From contig OZ024740.1 in assembly GCA_964016885.1 (NCBI GenBank), positions 261,950,001-262,014,000 of the forward strand: 64,000 nucleotides of DNA, given 5' to 3'. This document shows positions 12,721 through 23,504 of this stretch, one piece after another; positions within the stretch are counted from its first letter, which is position 1; every line of letters begins with the position of its first letter. The translations under genes were made by a program, and so were the position numbers. This stretch comes from Eledone cirrhosa (lineage: Eukaryota). The notes below the pieces were generated by a model. The model was not told the origin of the DNA. It worked only from the letters and a program-made list of their open reading frames with translations, and did not search any database.

Positions 12721-15700
12721 CCACACAAGGGCCAAGTGGAATGGCGGATCCACAGATGGATATGTAACCATACATTCGCCAATCCTAGATAAGAGTGTTT
12801 AAATATCGAACATAAACAGTTCGAATAACGGTGAAATGGAGTCTAGAACGTCATGTGACAGACTCTCACCCAACAGGTGCCCCCTGGCTCAGCAGCAGGA
12901 ACCTGACTGTCAACCAAATACTGCTGATGTTGGAGGAAGGAGAAGAAGGAAAGGGGCCAGAACCAACTGGACGAAAGAATTGAATAGAACTGTTATGCAA
13001 TGTTACCTGAAAAGTAACCCCAAGGAGAGGGGCTACAGGAGACGGATGCATAACATCTGGAACGAGATTGGTTTATTTAAATTAGATGAACAAAAATTGG
13101 CCGGGCAGGCTCGGGTAATAAGAACTAATGGATGGATAAGCGAGCTGGAACTGGAGGAACTGAGCAGAGAGAATGGCTTGGAGATGGCGGGTGTAGTATG
13201 CCAGACAAGCGAGCCAGTGGGAAATGAAGGTGAAGAGGTCCTGAGAACGGAGGAACCACCCGAAGCAGACAATGATCTGAATACTGAGATAAATAATACC
13301 TGGAACAGAGATACGGCCACTGAGGAGATGAATGCTGACGGGCTAGGACAAGATTCGGTTGACATCCCAAATTTAGTGGTAGATGAATTGAACAATGATA
13401 GTGGGAGACCTATGAACCTAAGATTTGTAGACAGGAAAAAGTTAAAAGAAACAACAGCTAAGGTAAACAAAGTCATCCCATACCTTGAGGCGAGGAGCCT
13501 TCACCAGTGCAACAATATCCTCAGAGCAACAGCAAATACGGTGAGGAAACTACTTGGTATAAAAGCGAGAGGAAACAACAGACAAGAAAGAGCAGAGCCG
13601 TGGTGGAAGAAGCGACTGAGTGGGCAAATCGGGGAAATGAGAAATGACATAGGAAAGCTTGAGTCACTACTGAATGGGACACTAAAAAACATAGGCACTA
13701 AAAATAGACTGGAAATAAAATACAAAACTAGGAGTAAAAAGGTAAATATTATCATAGAGGAACTGAAGCAACGCATTGTAGCAAAGAGTGCAAAAATCAG
13801 GCGATACGAGAACAGAGTCAGTCAGTATAAACAGAACCGCATGTTCGACAACAACCAGAAGATGCTGTTTGGACAGCTTGAGGGGAAAGAAAGAGGCAAC
13901 GACTTGATCCCTGGGGCGGAGCAAACTAAAACATTCTGGAGAGGAATATGGGAGCATGATGTTAGACACAATGCCCAGGCAGGGTGGATTGAGACAGTAC
14001 AGAGGGAGATCGGTGAGCAGGCACAACAACAAACTGAGTTGAGTATCAAGGTTGAAACTCTTAAGGGGCAGGCCAAAAAACTAACCAACTGGAAATCACC
14101 AGGCCCAGATGGTGTGCAGGGGTATTGGATTAAACATTTAACATCCCTCCACCCGAAGCTGACGGCCATGTTCAATGACTGCTTGGTGTCGGGTGAGGTG
14201 CCAGAGTGGTTGACAAAAGGTACCACAGTTCTGATAATGAAAGACCGAATCAAGGGTAATGATGTTACCAACTATAGACCTATCACATGTCTGTCCGTAA
14301 TGTGGAAACTGTTGACGAGCATTGTGTCTGAGGAAATCTACCATCACCTCCACACAAACAACTTGTTACCGGACGAACAGAAAGGATGCCGAAAGAAGTC
14401 ACGTGGTACAAAGGACCAGTTACTTATTGATAAGATGGTAATGGGGAATTGCAGGAGGAGACACACTGATCTTGCCATGGGATGGATAGACTACAGAAAG
14501 GCATTTGACATGGTGCCCCATTCCTGGATCACCAAAAGCCTGGAGATCTTCAAGGTGGCAGATAACATCAGACAGTTGCTAGGCAGGAGTATGGGGTCCT
14601 GGGAGACAGAGTTGACATCAACTGGAGTATCCTTGGGAAGCGTGAAGATCAAGAGAGGTATCTTCCAGGGAGATAGCCTGTCCCCTCTGTTGTTTGTCCT
14701 TGCCCTGATGCCCTTGACCATTATGCTGCGAAAAGTGAGAGCAGGATACAAGTTGGGAAGGGGAGAGCTTACCATCAATCACCTCCTCTTCATGGACGAT
14801 CTTAAGCTCTTCGGGAAAAGTGAGAAGGAGTTGGATGTGCTTGTTGACACTGTCCGTATTTTCAGCAGTGATATATGTATGCAGTTTGGTATTGGTAAAT
14901 GTGGAGTCATTGTGATGAAGAGGGGTAGGTTGAGCAGAAGTAACGGGATCCAGATACCAACAGGTGAGATGATAAAGGAAATTGACTCTGAGGAAGGATA
15001 CAAGTATTTGGGCGTTCTGGAGGCTGATGGCATAAAGAACAAAAAAATGAAGGAATTGTTAAGAACTGAATACATTCGGAGAGTAAGGAGCGTATTGAAG
15101 TCACATCTGAACAGCAGAAATGCCATAAGCGCAGTAAATTCCCGAGCTGTGTCTATTATTAGGTACAGTGCGGGAATTCTGAGATGGAATGTTGCTGAAC
15201 AAAAAGAAATGGATAGGAAGACTAGGAAGATATTGACTATCTACAACATGTTCCACAAGAGGAGTGATGTCGATAGACTCTACCTAAGGAGATCTGAGGG
15301 TGGAAGAGGTCTTATCAGCATAGAGGACTGTGTTCAGATGGAGAAAAACAACCTATACAAATACGTGACCTATAGTAAGGAGCCAATGCTCAGAACTGTA
15401 CTGAAGGAAGGGACAGTAGGCCAGGGGATGTCCAAGGAGGAAATAACATCAAGGAGGAAGAGCAGCCTTAAGGGAAAATCCCTTCATAGTACCTTCTTTG
15501 AGAAAACTGAATTTAGAGATCCACAGACATGGAACTGGTTGAGAAGAGGAGACCTCAAAAAGGCTACAGAAGGAATGCTAATGGCTGCGCAGGAGCAGGC
15601 CCTCAAAACGAAGTGGTTGAAGCACCATATCTACAAGGAGGAGGCTAGCCTACTGTGCAGGATCTGTGGAGAGAGAGAGGAGACTGTGGCTCACATTGTG

Positions 15701-16302
15701 TCCGAGTGTAAACACCTAGCCCAGACCCACTATAAGGGCTGGAGACACGATGTGATGGGCAGGGTGATCCACTGGCACCTGTGCAAAGTAAACAATTTAC
15801 CACATTCTGAGAAATGGTATGAGCATAGGCCAGAGGCGGTGATGGAGAACAATCAGGTGAAGGTGCTGTGGGATTTTAGGATACAGACGGACAAAAAACT
15901 GGAACACAATAGACCTGACCTGGTGGTTGTGGACAAAGAAAAAAGATCGTGTCTGATTGTGGATGTGGCCTGCCCGTTCGACACGAGAGTGCAAGAGAAG
16001 GAGAGGGAGAAAATTAACCGATACCAGGACCTAAAGTGGGAGGTGAAAAGGATCTGGAACTGCCATGAAGTCAAAGTGATCCCGATTGTCATAGGCGCAC
16101 TGGGGACTATCTCCAAAAGTTTCCAGGGATGGTTAAAGAAAATCGGCCCCTTCACGCTTTTTGGAACGCTTCAAAAGGCATGCTTGCTTGGAACAGCAAG
16201 AACCCTCCGATACGTCCTGAATATCTGAGGCTGCAGGTAGTGGCTTGATATTCAATCCAACGGACTTTCCAGTTAACCAACATCAATGACTGAGACTCAA
16301 GG
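12720..16302 (+). mobile_element. Apparently full-length R4/Dong-clade retrotransposon inserted in (AAT)n
   Basis: ~115-nt 5'UTR, single uninterrupted ORF, ~75-nt 3'UTR, AAT repeats on both flanks; Dong elements are known to target (TAA)n. Confidence 0.95.
12836..16228 (+). CDS. RT + CCHC zinc knuckle + restriction-like (PD..D..K) endonuclease polyprotein, 1130 aa, intact
   Basis: WTKELN N-terminal block, KSPGPDG, YRPITCL, DYRKAFD, GIFQGDSLSP, LLFMDD, YKYLG, CRICGEREETVAHIVSEC, RHD, RPDLVVVD..IVDVACP..EKINRY. Confidence 0.95.
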   Translation: MESRTSCDRLSPNRCPLAQQQEPDCQPNTADVGGRRRRKGARTNWTKELNRTVMQCYLKSNPKERGYRRRMHNIWNEIGLFKLDEQKLAGQARVIRTNGWISELELEELSRENGLEMAGVVCQTSEPVGNEGEEVLRTEEPPEADNDLNTEINNTWNRDTATEEMNADGLGQDSVDIPNLVVDELNNDSGRPMNLRFVDRKKLKETTAKVNKVIPYLEARSLHQCNNILRATANTVRKLLGIKARGNNRQERAEPWWKKRLSGQIGEMRNDIGKLESLLNGTLKNIGTKNRLEIKYKTRSKKVNIIIEELKQRIVAKSAKIRRYENRVSQYKQNRMFDNNQKMLFGQLEGKERGNDLIPGAEQTKTFWRGIWEHDVRHNAQAGWIETVQREIGEQAQQQTELSIKVETLKGQAKKLTNWKSPGPDGVQGYWIKHLTSLHPKLTAMFNDCLVSGEVPEWLTKGTTVLIMKDRIKGNDVTNYRPITCLSVMWKLLTSIVSEEIYHHLHTNNLLPDEQKGCRKKSRGTKDQLLIDKMVMGNCRRRHTDLAMGWIDYRKAFDMVPHSWITKSLEIFKVADNIRQLLGRSMGSWETELTSTGVSLGSVKIKRGIFQGDSLSPLLFVLALMPLTIMLRKVRAGYKLGRGELTINHLLFMDDLKLFGKSEKELDVLVDTVRIFSSDICMQFGIGKCGVIVMKRGRLSRSNGIQIPTGEMIKEIDSEEGYKYLGVLEADGIKNKKMKELLRTEYIRRVRSVLKSHLNSRNAISAVNSRAVSIIRYSAGILRWNVAEQKEMDRKTRKILTIYNMFHKRSDVDRLYLRRSEGGRGLISIEDCVQMEKNNLYKYVTYSKEPMLRTVLKEGTVGQGMSKEEITSRRKSSLKGKSLHSTFFEKTEFRDPQTWNWLRRGDLKKATEGMLMAAQEQALKTKWLKHHIYKEEASLLCRICGEREETVAHIVSECKHLAQTHYKGWRHDVMGRVIHWHLCKVNNLPHSEKWYEHRPEAVMENNQVKVLWDFRIQTDKKLEHNRPDLVVVDKEKRSCLIVDVACPFDTRVQEKEREKINRYQDLKWEVKRIWNCHEVKVIPIVIGALGTISKSFQGWLKKIGPFTLFGTLQKACLLGTARTLRYVLNI

Positions 16303-16335
16303 AATAACAACAATAATAATAATAATAATAATAAT

Positions 16336-16940
16336 GCTTTCTTTATTGGCCACAAGGGCTGACATCAAGAAAAACATTACAGATGGCACAGGACGGTACA
16401 GGACGGCACGATGTGGGTTTTGTGCGTGTAAAGATTTTTATTATTTATATAAGAAACGAGAAAGAAAAAAGACATAGAAACATATATATATATAAACAAT
16501 GAAAATTCAAACAATGAAAACTTCCCCAATAGCGGGGAAACCTCCGAGGGTTACTCATGGCGAAAACCATACAAAAGACCACGGCCAACCTGACCACCAG
16601 GGCAAGCACTCTCTCAATTTTTTCCCATTCCTCAAACTACAATCGTATATTCAGAGCGGTCCGTTCACTCGGACCATTCTCGCTACATTCACCCTGCTTT
16701 CAACAAACTTGCTAGATGACAGCACTTGCCCCTCCACCCTGATTTTCCTCTTCAAGTGAAACTTGAAAAAGTTAATCGGGGATTCGCCAAAGAGGAAAGT
16801 GTCTGTCTTTAACCCTTTCAACCTTGTCCACCACACAATCTCTTTCGCCATGGCCACCAGGCAGATGAAAACCGCCTCGAAGCAAGACGGCGAGACCATC
16901 TGCACAATGGGCTCAGTCGATAACCGGATCGGTCCTACAC
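16336..16940 (-). mobile_element. Tx1-like 3' fragment (diverged subfamily)
   Basis: Encodes CLVAMAKEIVWWTRLKGLKTDTFLFGESPINFFKFHLKRK, like the other ORF2 C-termini; ends cccttgtggccaataaag-(ATT)n. Confidence 0.85.
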
Positions 16941-17353
16941 GGACAAGAAATTAGAACACAATAGGCTTGACCTGGTAGTTTTGGACAAGGAAAAAAGATC
17001 GCGCCTGATTGTAGATGTAGCCTGCCCATTTGACACGAGAGTGCAAGAAAAGGAGAAGGAGAAAATTAACCGATACCAGGATTTAAATGGGAGTTAAAAA
17101 GAATTTGGAACTGCCATGAAATCAAGGTCGTCCCGATTGTCATAGGCGCACTAGATACTATCTCAAAGAGTTTCCAAGGATGGTTAAAGAAGATTAGTCC
17201 AGCCCCGCTTTTTGGAACACTTCAAAAGGCATGCTTGCTGGAAACAGCAAGTACACTCCGATACGTCCTGAATGTCTGAGGCTGCAGGTAGCGGCTTGAT
17301 ATTCATTTCAACAAACTTTCAATTTAAATAACATCAATGACTGAGACTCAAAA
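16938..17353 (+). mobile_element. Dong-like 3' fragment (RLE end plus 3'UTR)
   Basis: Matches 15888-16302; followed by (AAT)n. Confidence 0.9.
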
Positions 17354-17356
17354 AAC

Positions 17357-17391
<35 letters not shown>

Positions 17392-17599
17392 GACTGACTT
17401 AGTGACCCGGTCAAACGTCAACGTCTATGGCACTGCTTGCTCCTTCCTTCCCCACCAACAATAGAAAAAGCCCCAGCACCACCACCGACATAGCCAACAA
17501 CAATAACAGGCAACTTCAACAAAAAGTATATTATATTATTTCATTCTTAAGCCACGCAGTGCTCACATTAAGGAACCACTCATGATAATAACAATTTAA

Positions 17600-19962
17600 A
17601 AAAGAAAAAAAAAGAAAACCCCGTGACCAAGAAATACCGGAATAGCGGCTGGCGGGGAATAGCCGTGTTTCTACGGGAGGACGACCCCTCTAGTCTTGGT
17701 TGACATTCGTCCTAGGAATGGTAACACGAAATGATTACCCCTTGGCGGTTAAGGATAAAACGCAACAAAATAAAGTCAATGTCAAATGATAAAATCTCAT
17801 ACCGGGTCAAAAACGGCCGCGTCTCTCAGACTGGGTCAAAAAATTAGCTAATGGTTCAATCCTTCCCATCAATTCGGAGCTGGAGACCTCCCATAACCGG
17901 AATACTCCTACTTTTGGCCCTCCATGCTCACCACCAAGAAATCCAAAGAAAAAGAGAGAAAAATGGTCAAGGGAAGACAATAAAGAAGTCCTTGAGGCTT
18001 TCTACACTGCCATGTACTACCCATCAAATAGATCGAATACAGAACAGACATATATCAACTGGAAAAAGAAACATCCCGAAAACAGAGGCTATATTGACAG
18101 TAACAAACTAGCCAATATACGAAGAAATATTGTTAAAAAAAAGTTACTAACTGATATAGACATTGATCAGATCAAGCAATTAGCACAGAGTCAGCGAATG
18201 AAATGAAATGTGTCAGTGAAACCGAGGTAAATTGTAACACTTCGAATCCCAGGGTTGGGGCGGAATCACTGACAGCAGAACAAATTAAAGAAAGGATCTA
18301 CAAAGTGGAGGGAGTGCATGCTCAAGATGAAACTCAAACTGAAAACAATGAGATCGTAAATGATAAAGAAATGAATGAGAATGAACTTGCCAACTTGAAG
18401 AATGAAATTATGATCGAATGGATGAAAATGAAAGAATCTGACATGGGGGAACGAGACACCCTCCCTAAGATCCAGAACTCCAAACAGAACCAAAAGATAA
18501 TACACAAGACTAACATAATTCTCAAAAACATTATCATCACAAACAAACTAAACACTACTGATTTAAATCATCTCTATTATGCATCGGCTAAAGTCACCAC
18601 TCACTTATGTGGAGTGAAAATGAAAAAAACAAAGGAATTCCACAAGAAATCTACTTGGCAAGAGAACATCAATCGCCAAATAAACCTTCTCCGATCTGAC
18701 ATGGACATTTTAACAAACTACAAAGTAGGTGAACATGTTAAACAAACTAAACTTAGAAAATTGAAAAGAAAATACAGTATAAAATCAACAAGTGACATAG
18801 ACATGCTGATAGAAATAATCAAGCAAAAAGTGTCGGTCAAAGCTGCTCGTATAAGGCGCTTTGAAAAACTATCTAGATTCTATAAGGACAATAATATGTT
18901 CTATAATATTCTATAATATGTTCTATAATATGTTCAAAAACAACCAAAGAAACTTCTACAGAAAAATTGGCAAGTCAACAATAACTGCTAAATCAATACC
19001 AACCAAGGAGGAGATGCAAGAATTCTGGGAAAAATCTGGGCCGAAGAAAAAGTTCATAATATACATGCCCATGGATAGACAGACAAATGAAAGATACAGC
19101 TCACCTTGAGGAACAAACAAGGGAAAATATAACAGTTGAACAGTTGGGCTTGGCTCTTAGAAAAACCAGCAAATGGAAATCCCCAGGAAAAGACAAAATA
19201 CCAAATTTTTGGATAAATGCCTTCACAGAGTCTCATGAGCTGTGAGCCCAACTTTACAATGAAATAGTTAAGGAGCCAGAAAAGATACCACCATGGCTAG
19301 TTAACGGCATTACATTCCTACTTCCGAAGAATGATGAGACTCACAATCCCAAAAATTACAGACCGATAACTTGCTTGACCACAATGTATAAAATTTTAAC
19401 ATCAGTCCTAACTGAATATACATATGACCACCTGATAACAAATGACCTATTTCCCATTGAGCAGAAAGGGCGTAAACGAGGCTCATATGGCTGTAAAGAT
19501 CAGCTTTTGCTTAACAAAATGATACTGGAAGACTATCATAATAGACACAAAAATCTATCGATTGCTTGGATAGATTACAAAAAAGCATTCGATAGTTTGC
19601 CACACAGTTGGATTGAAAAATGTTTAGGGATTTTCAAAATATCTCCCGTTGTCAGGAGGTTCCTATCATTCAGTATGAAGACATGGAAAACGACACTCCT
19701 TTTGAATAGTGAAAAAAAATCACTGGAAGCTGGAGAAGTTAATATTAATTGTGGAATTTTTCAGGGTGACTCTTTATCACCGCTTTTATTCTGCATCGCA
19801 CTTATACCATTAAATAAAATGCTCAATGAAACAAAACATGGGTATAAAGTCTATGACAAAACCATTAATCACTTGTTCTACATGGATGACCTGAAACTAT
19901 TTGCAAAAAATGATGAACAATTGCAAGGGCTATTATCCACCGTGGAGCAGTTCAGTGATGAA
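17600..19962 (+). mobile_element. Second, AT-rich R4/Dong-like family; frameshifted, 3' part lost at a (TG)n tract
   Basis: KLANIRRNI, KQKVSVKAARIRRF, WKSPGKD, YRPITCLTTMYKILT, WIDYKKAFD, GIFQGDSLSPLLF, FYMDDLKLF; 5' boundary uncertain. Confidence 0.8.
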
Positions 19963-20332
19963 TGTATGTGTGTGTGTGTATGCGTGTGTGTGTATGCGTG
20001 TGTGTATTAAAATATTGATCAATACGTAAAGTTATTAATCATATTGTCTGACAAAAGTATAGGTTAACCAAAGTGCCCCAGAAAGTCACTATTAAAACCT
20101 GAAATCTGCTTTACTAATATAAAATTTAAGAATTTTCATTAGGAGCAGCCACATAATAATTCAAGGGTAAGAGATTGTCTTGCAAATGTATCAACATTAT
20201 GCGTTTTTGTACGATTAAATAAGCGCAATGATATAAGAATGAGTGAAGAGTTGTTATAAGATCGATTCTTACCATCCATATATATATACATATCCATATA
20301 TATCCATATATATACATATACATATAGATATA

Positions 20333-20361
<29 letters not shown>

Positions 20362-20364
<3 letters not shown>

Positions 20365-20656
20365 GATGCATTGCCAAAGAAAAATCGGATAGCAAGTAAA
20401 AACAAACTTACTTAAGAATGGTAAAATTCCGAGATTTCAATATTCTATACAGCTGTTTTATGAGTGAAAGAGGAATGGATGGAACCATAAAATGAAATAC
20501 CCAATCGCCAGTAAAATCTTCATCTTACTAAACGCATTATATACGACTAGTCACCATAGATTCAAAAGAGGATTCTGAAACAGCTGTATAGAATATTGAA
20601 ATCTCGGAATTTATTTAAGTTCTTTGCCTTGCTATGTAATTTTTCTTTGCAATGTA

Positions 20657-20660
<4 letters not shown>
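20362..20660. mobile_element. Short inverted-repeat element between (TA)n tracts, probably Penelope-derived
   Basis: Imperfect ~90-bp arms with an exact core aaattccgagatttcaatattctatacagctgttt and its reverse complement; GAAACAGCTGTA hammerhead half-motif. Confidence 0.6.
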
Positions 20661-20709
<49 letters not shown>

Positions 20710-20820
20710 AGATCAAAAGATGGTTAAAGGAGTTCCATGTATTTTATTATGCGCATTTCAAAAACAAACATCATCATGCAATAATATTTGTGTTTTCATC
20801 AGATAAAACAGGAGAACATG

Positions 20821-20896
<76 letters not shown>

Positions 20897-21060
20897 GTCA
20901 GTGTGTGTGTGTGTGTGTGTGTGTGGATAGTAAGAATTGACCTTATAACAATTCTTCTCTCAGATCTTCTTATATCATTACGCCTATATAATCGTACAAA
21001 CACGCAGAATGTGGATACATTTGTCTAGACAATATCTTAACCTTGAATTATTATCATTAT

Positions 21061-21240
21061 GGATTGGCTGTATCGATAGAGGGTCGGACGCCATGCTTTG
21101 CAGCATAGAGTTACGGCCCTTTATGGTCTGAGTTCAAATCCCTCCGAGGTTAACTTTGCCTTTCATCCTTACGGGGTCGATAAAATAAAGTACCAGTAAT
21201 GCACTGGGATAATAGCTAGCCTTGTGCCAAAAGTAGAAAT
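21061..21240 (+). mobile_element. tRNA-derived SINE family A
   Basis: A-box-like tggctgtatcga, B box gagttcaaatcc, Nin/Deu-like core gcctttcatccttacggggtcgataaa, tail gccttgtgccaaaagtagaaa. Confidence 0.88.
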
Positions 21241-21492
21241 AATAATAATTATTATTATTGAGTCTGAACTGAAATAATTATTATTATTGAGTCTTTTTGC
21301 TCGCTCCCGTAAGTTTATTTATTTACCTGTCAACACTTATTTATTAAATTTTTTGTTGTTGTGTAATGCATAAAGCCCTTGGACTTTGCCCTGTGAAGGG
21401 GAAGGAATAATTTTTGGGCCTTTTCGCCCAAATATGTGAACTCTTTTACATTTTAAAGAATTATCAAGAAAAAAAACAAAAAACAAATAAAC

Positions 21493-23470
21493 ATGGCGGA
21501 GTCGTCCCCCCCCCCCCCCCCCGCGATATGGCTGCTGTCGTGCTACAACGACGTAAAAGTTGAGAGGAGCGCTCCGGCGAAATTAACAGAAATTGATACA
21601 ACAAACACCACCACAAACAATGTGAACAAAGACAGCAATGATAACAACACTGAGAACTCTAATTTTGAAAAAAATGACAGTAACAGCGACAACGAAAATA
21701 CAGATGACAAAAAAATGACACCAAATGCAACAACAATATCAACACCACTAACATGAAAACAAATAGCGACAACACCAACAGCAACAATACCAACTGCACC
21801 GAGAACAACAGCGGCACCAAAGACAACAATGATAACAGCGACAGTGATAACAGCAACAACACCAACAAGAAAAACGACAACAACAACAACACCTCCAACG
21901 ACAACAAAAAGAACACTTTCGCTGCGGCAGCAGCCAAAAAGAGGCCATGCTTCAACATGGACCTCTCAAACAAAGATGAAAAGTTGGCCCAGGCCTGGAA
22001 GCTCATCAAGCAAGAGCAAACCTGGGCCAACTTAACTGTCCCGGTAGAAGCTAGTGAGGCAGTGGAGCGCAGAACGGTGCATTATAGATGCATCTCAGCA
22101 CAAACCAAACGGGCAGCTTTAACTCCACAAGCAGACGTTGAAGTCGCACTGAGGTGCATCAGAGATGACACCGAATACATAGCGAGGGGTAGACAGTACG
22201 ACACCATTTCGGTGCTGTTTAAGTCAGATGCCCTCGCTATGAAACACGCATAATGTACCTCTCACACATGGCAAAAAGAATGGCCGTCTCCGCATTCCCA
22301 GAATCCCGCCACTCTTGACATGTGGTGGCTTCTGGGGTGTGTGATTGTGGAGGCGACAGATACCGTCCCTATAGAGGTGAAAAGAACGGCCAGAGAGGAC
22401 TGGTCCGGGGTTGACCTGGCGATACTTCTCCAGATCAGGCCCGAGAATGCCAAGATAATCCCGCACCACATCCGCCTTCAGAATGGGACGGTCCTTCATA
22501 TTATGACCGAAGGGCAAAATGCCGCATTGTTTTCTTTGTGGGAAAAAAACACATTTTCGAGCCTTCTGCCCTCAACTGCTGAAAGATGCAAGGGGTCGAA
22601 GGGCTCCACTACTGCCGACGCCGGGGCGAGGACCACGACCAACACCAGCACCGGCAAAACCACCAGCAACAACACCAATAGAAGACTACCACCAACATTG
22701 ACCACCCAGGGAGTAAACGAGGAAAGTTGTCAAATTACCTTTCCCCCCAACAATACACACATCAAGAAAAACATAAACACACACGCAGAGACACTTACAG
22801 ACACAGAACCGTCATCAACCAGTAGTGAATATGAGGGAAACCCCAAATCCCCCAAAATAAAGGAAACACAAAAAGAAAAAAAAATACTTAACAAAGCACA
22901 AAATCACCCACAATAAAAAAAATGCAGACACCAGCCACGCAAACATCTCCCCAATAACACCAACATCAACACCACCATGACCATCACCAGAACCCCCCCA
23001 AACGCAAACAACCTAAACAGACGCAAGAACAAATACACACACAAACATCTGAAACCACAGTCACCGCACTCACAACAAACACAGACACAACCGAAACAAC
23101 ATCATCAAAACCATCCCCACCACAGCCAAGCCACGCAAACAAATAAAATCACACCAACAAAACATACAAAACTTCGTGCTTGTCAGGAGGGCCAACACGG
23201 AACTGATGGCCCTCGTAGCACGAGTGAAGATATACAAAAAGAGGGGAACATTTTTAAATCGAGCACATTTCGCGTGCCTGAAGATTTGAAGATTTGTTTC
23301 TGTTGCGAATGTCACTCGATTTATACAAAGAGATACGAGACACCTTTCCTCGGGACGTGGGAACTCCGAACGTAAAACCCACTTCAAGACTTTTAAAGGG
23401 GTTCCCAAAAGAAACCCCACCAACTATGGAAGTCGAACCACCCGACCTTCACAAGAGCCCGGAAGGTAAG
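21493..23470 (+). pseudogene. Tx1 ORF1, frameshifted
   Basis: Fragments 21493-21756, 21753-22253, 22320-22916, 22519-22701 (zinc knuckle). Confidence 0.75.
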
Positions 23471-23504
23471 TAAACCTTTCCTCTCTCTCTTTTAACCTGC
23501 CAAC

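Noticed and set aside
3518-16355. Antisense ORFs overlapping Dong and Tx1 coding regions (e.g. 3518-4237, 4583-5032, 13822-14271)
   Set aside because: Shadow frames of the retroelement ORFs; their recurrence reflects copy homology.
18893-18932. ataatatgttct repeated about three times inside the second Dong-like ORF
   Set aside because: Local slippage causing a frameshift; no evidence of function.
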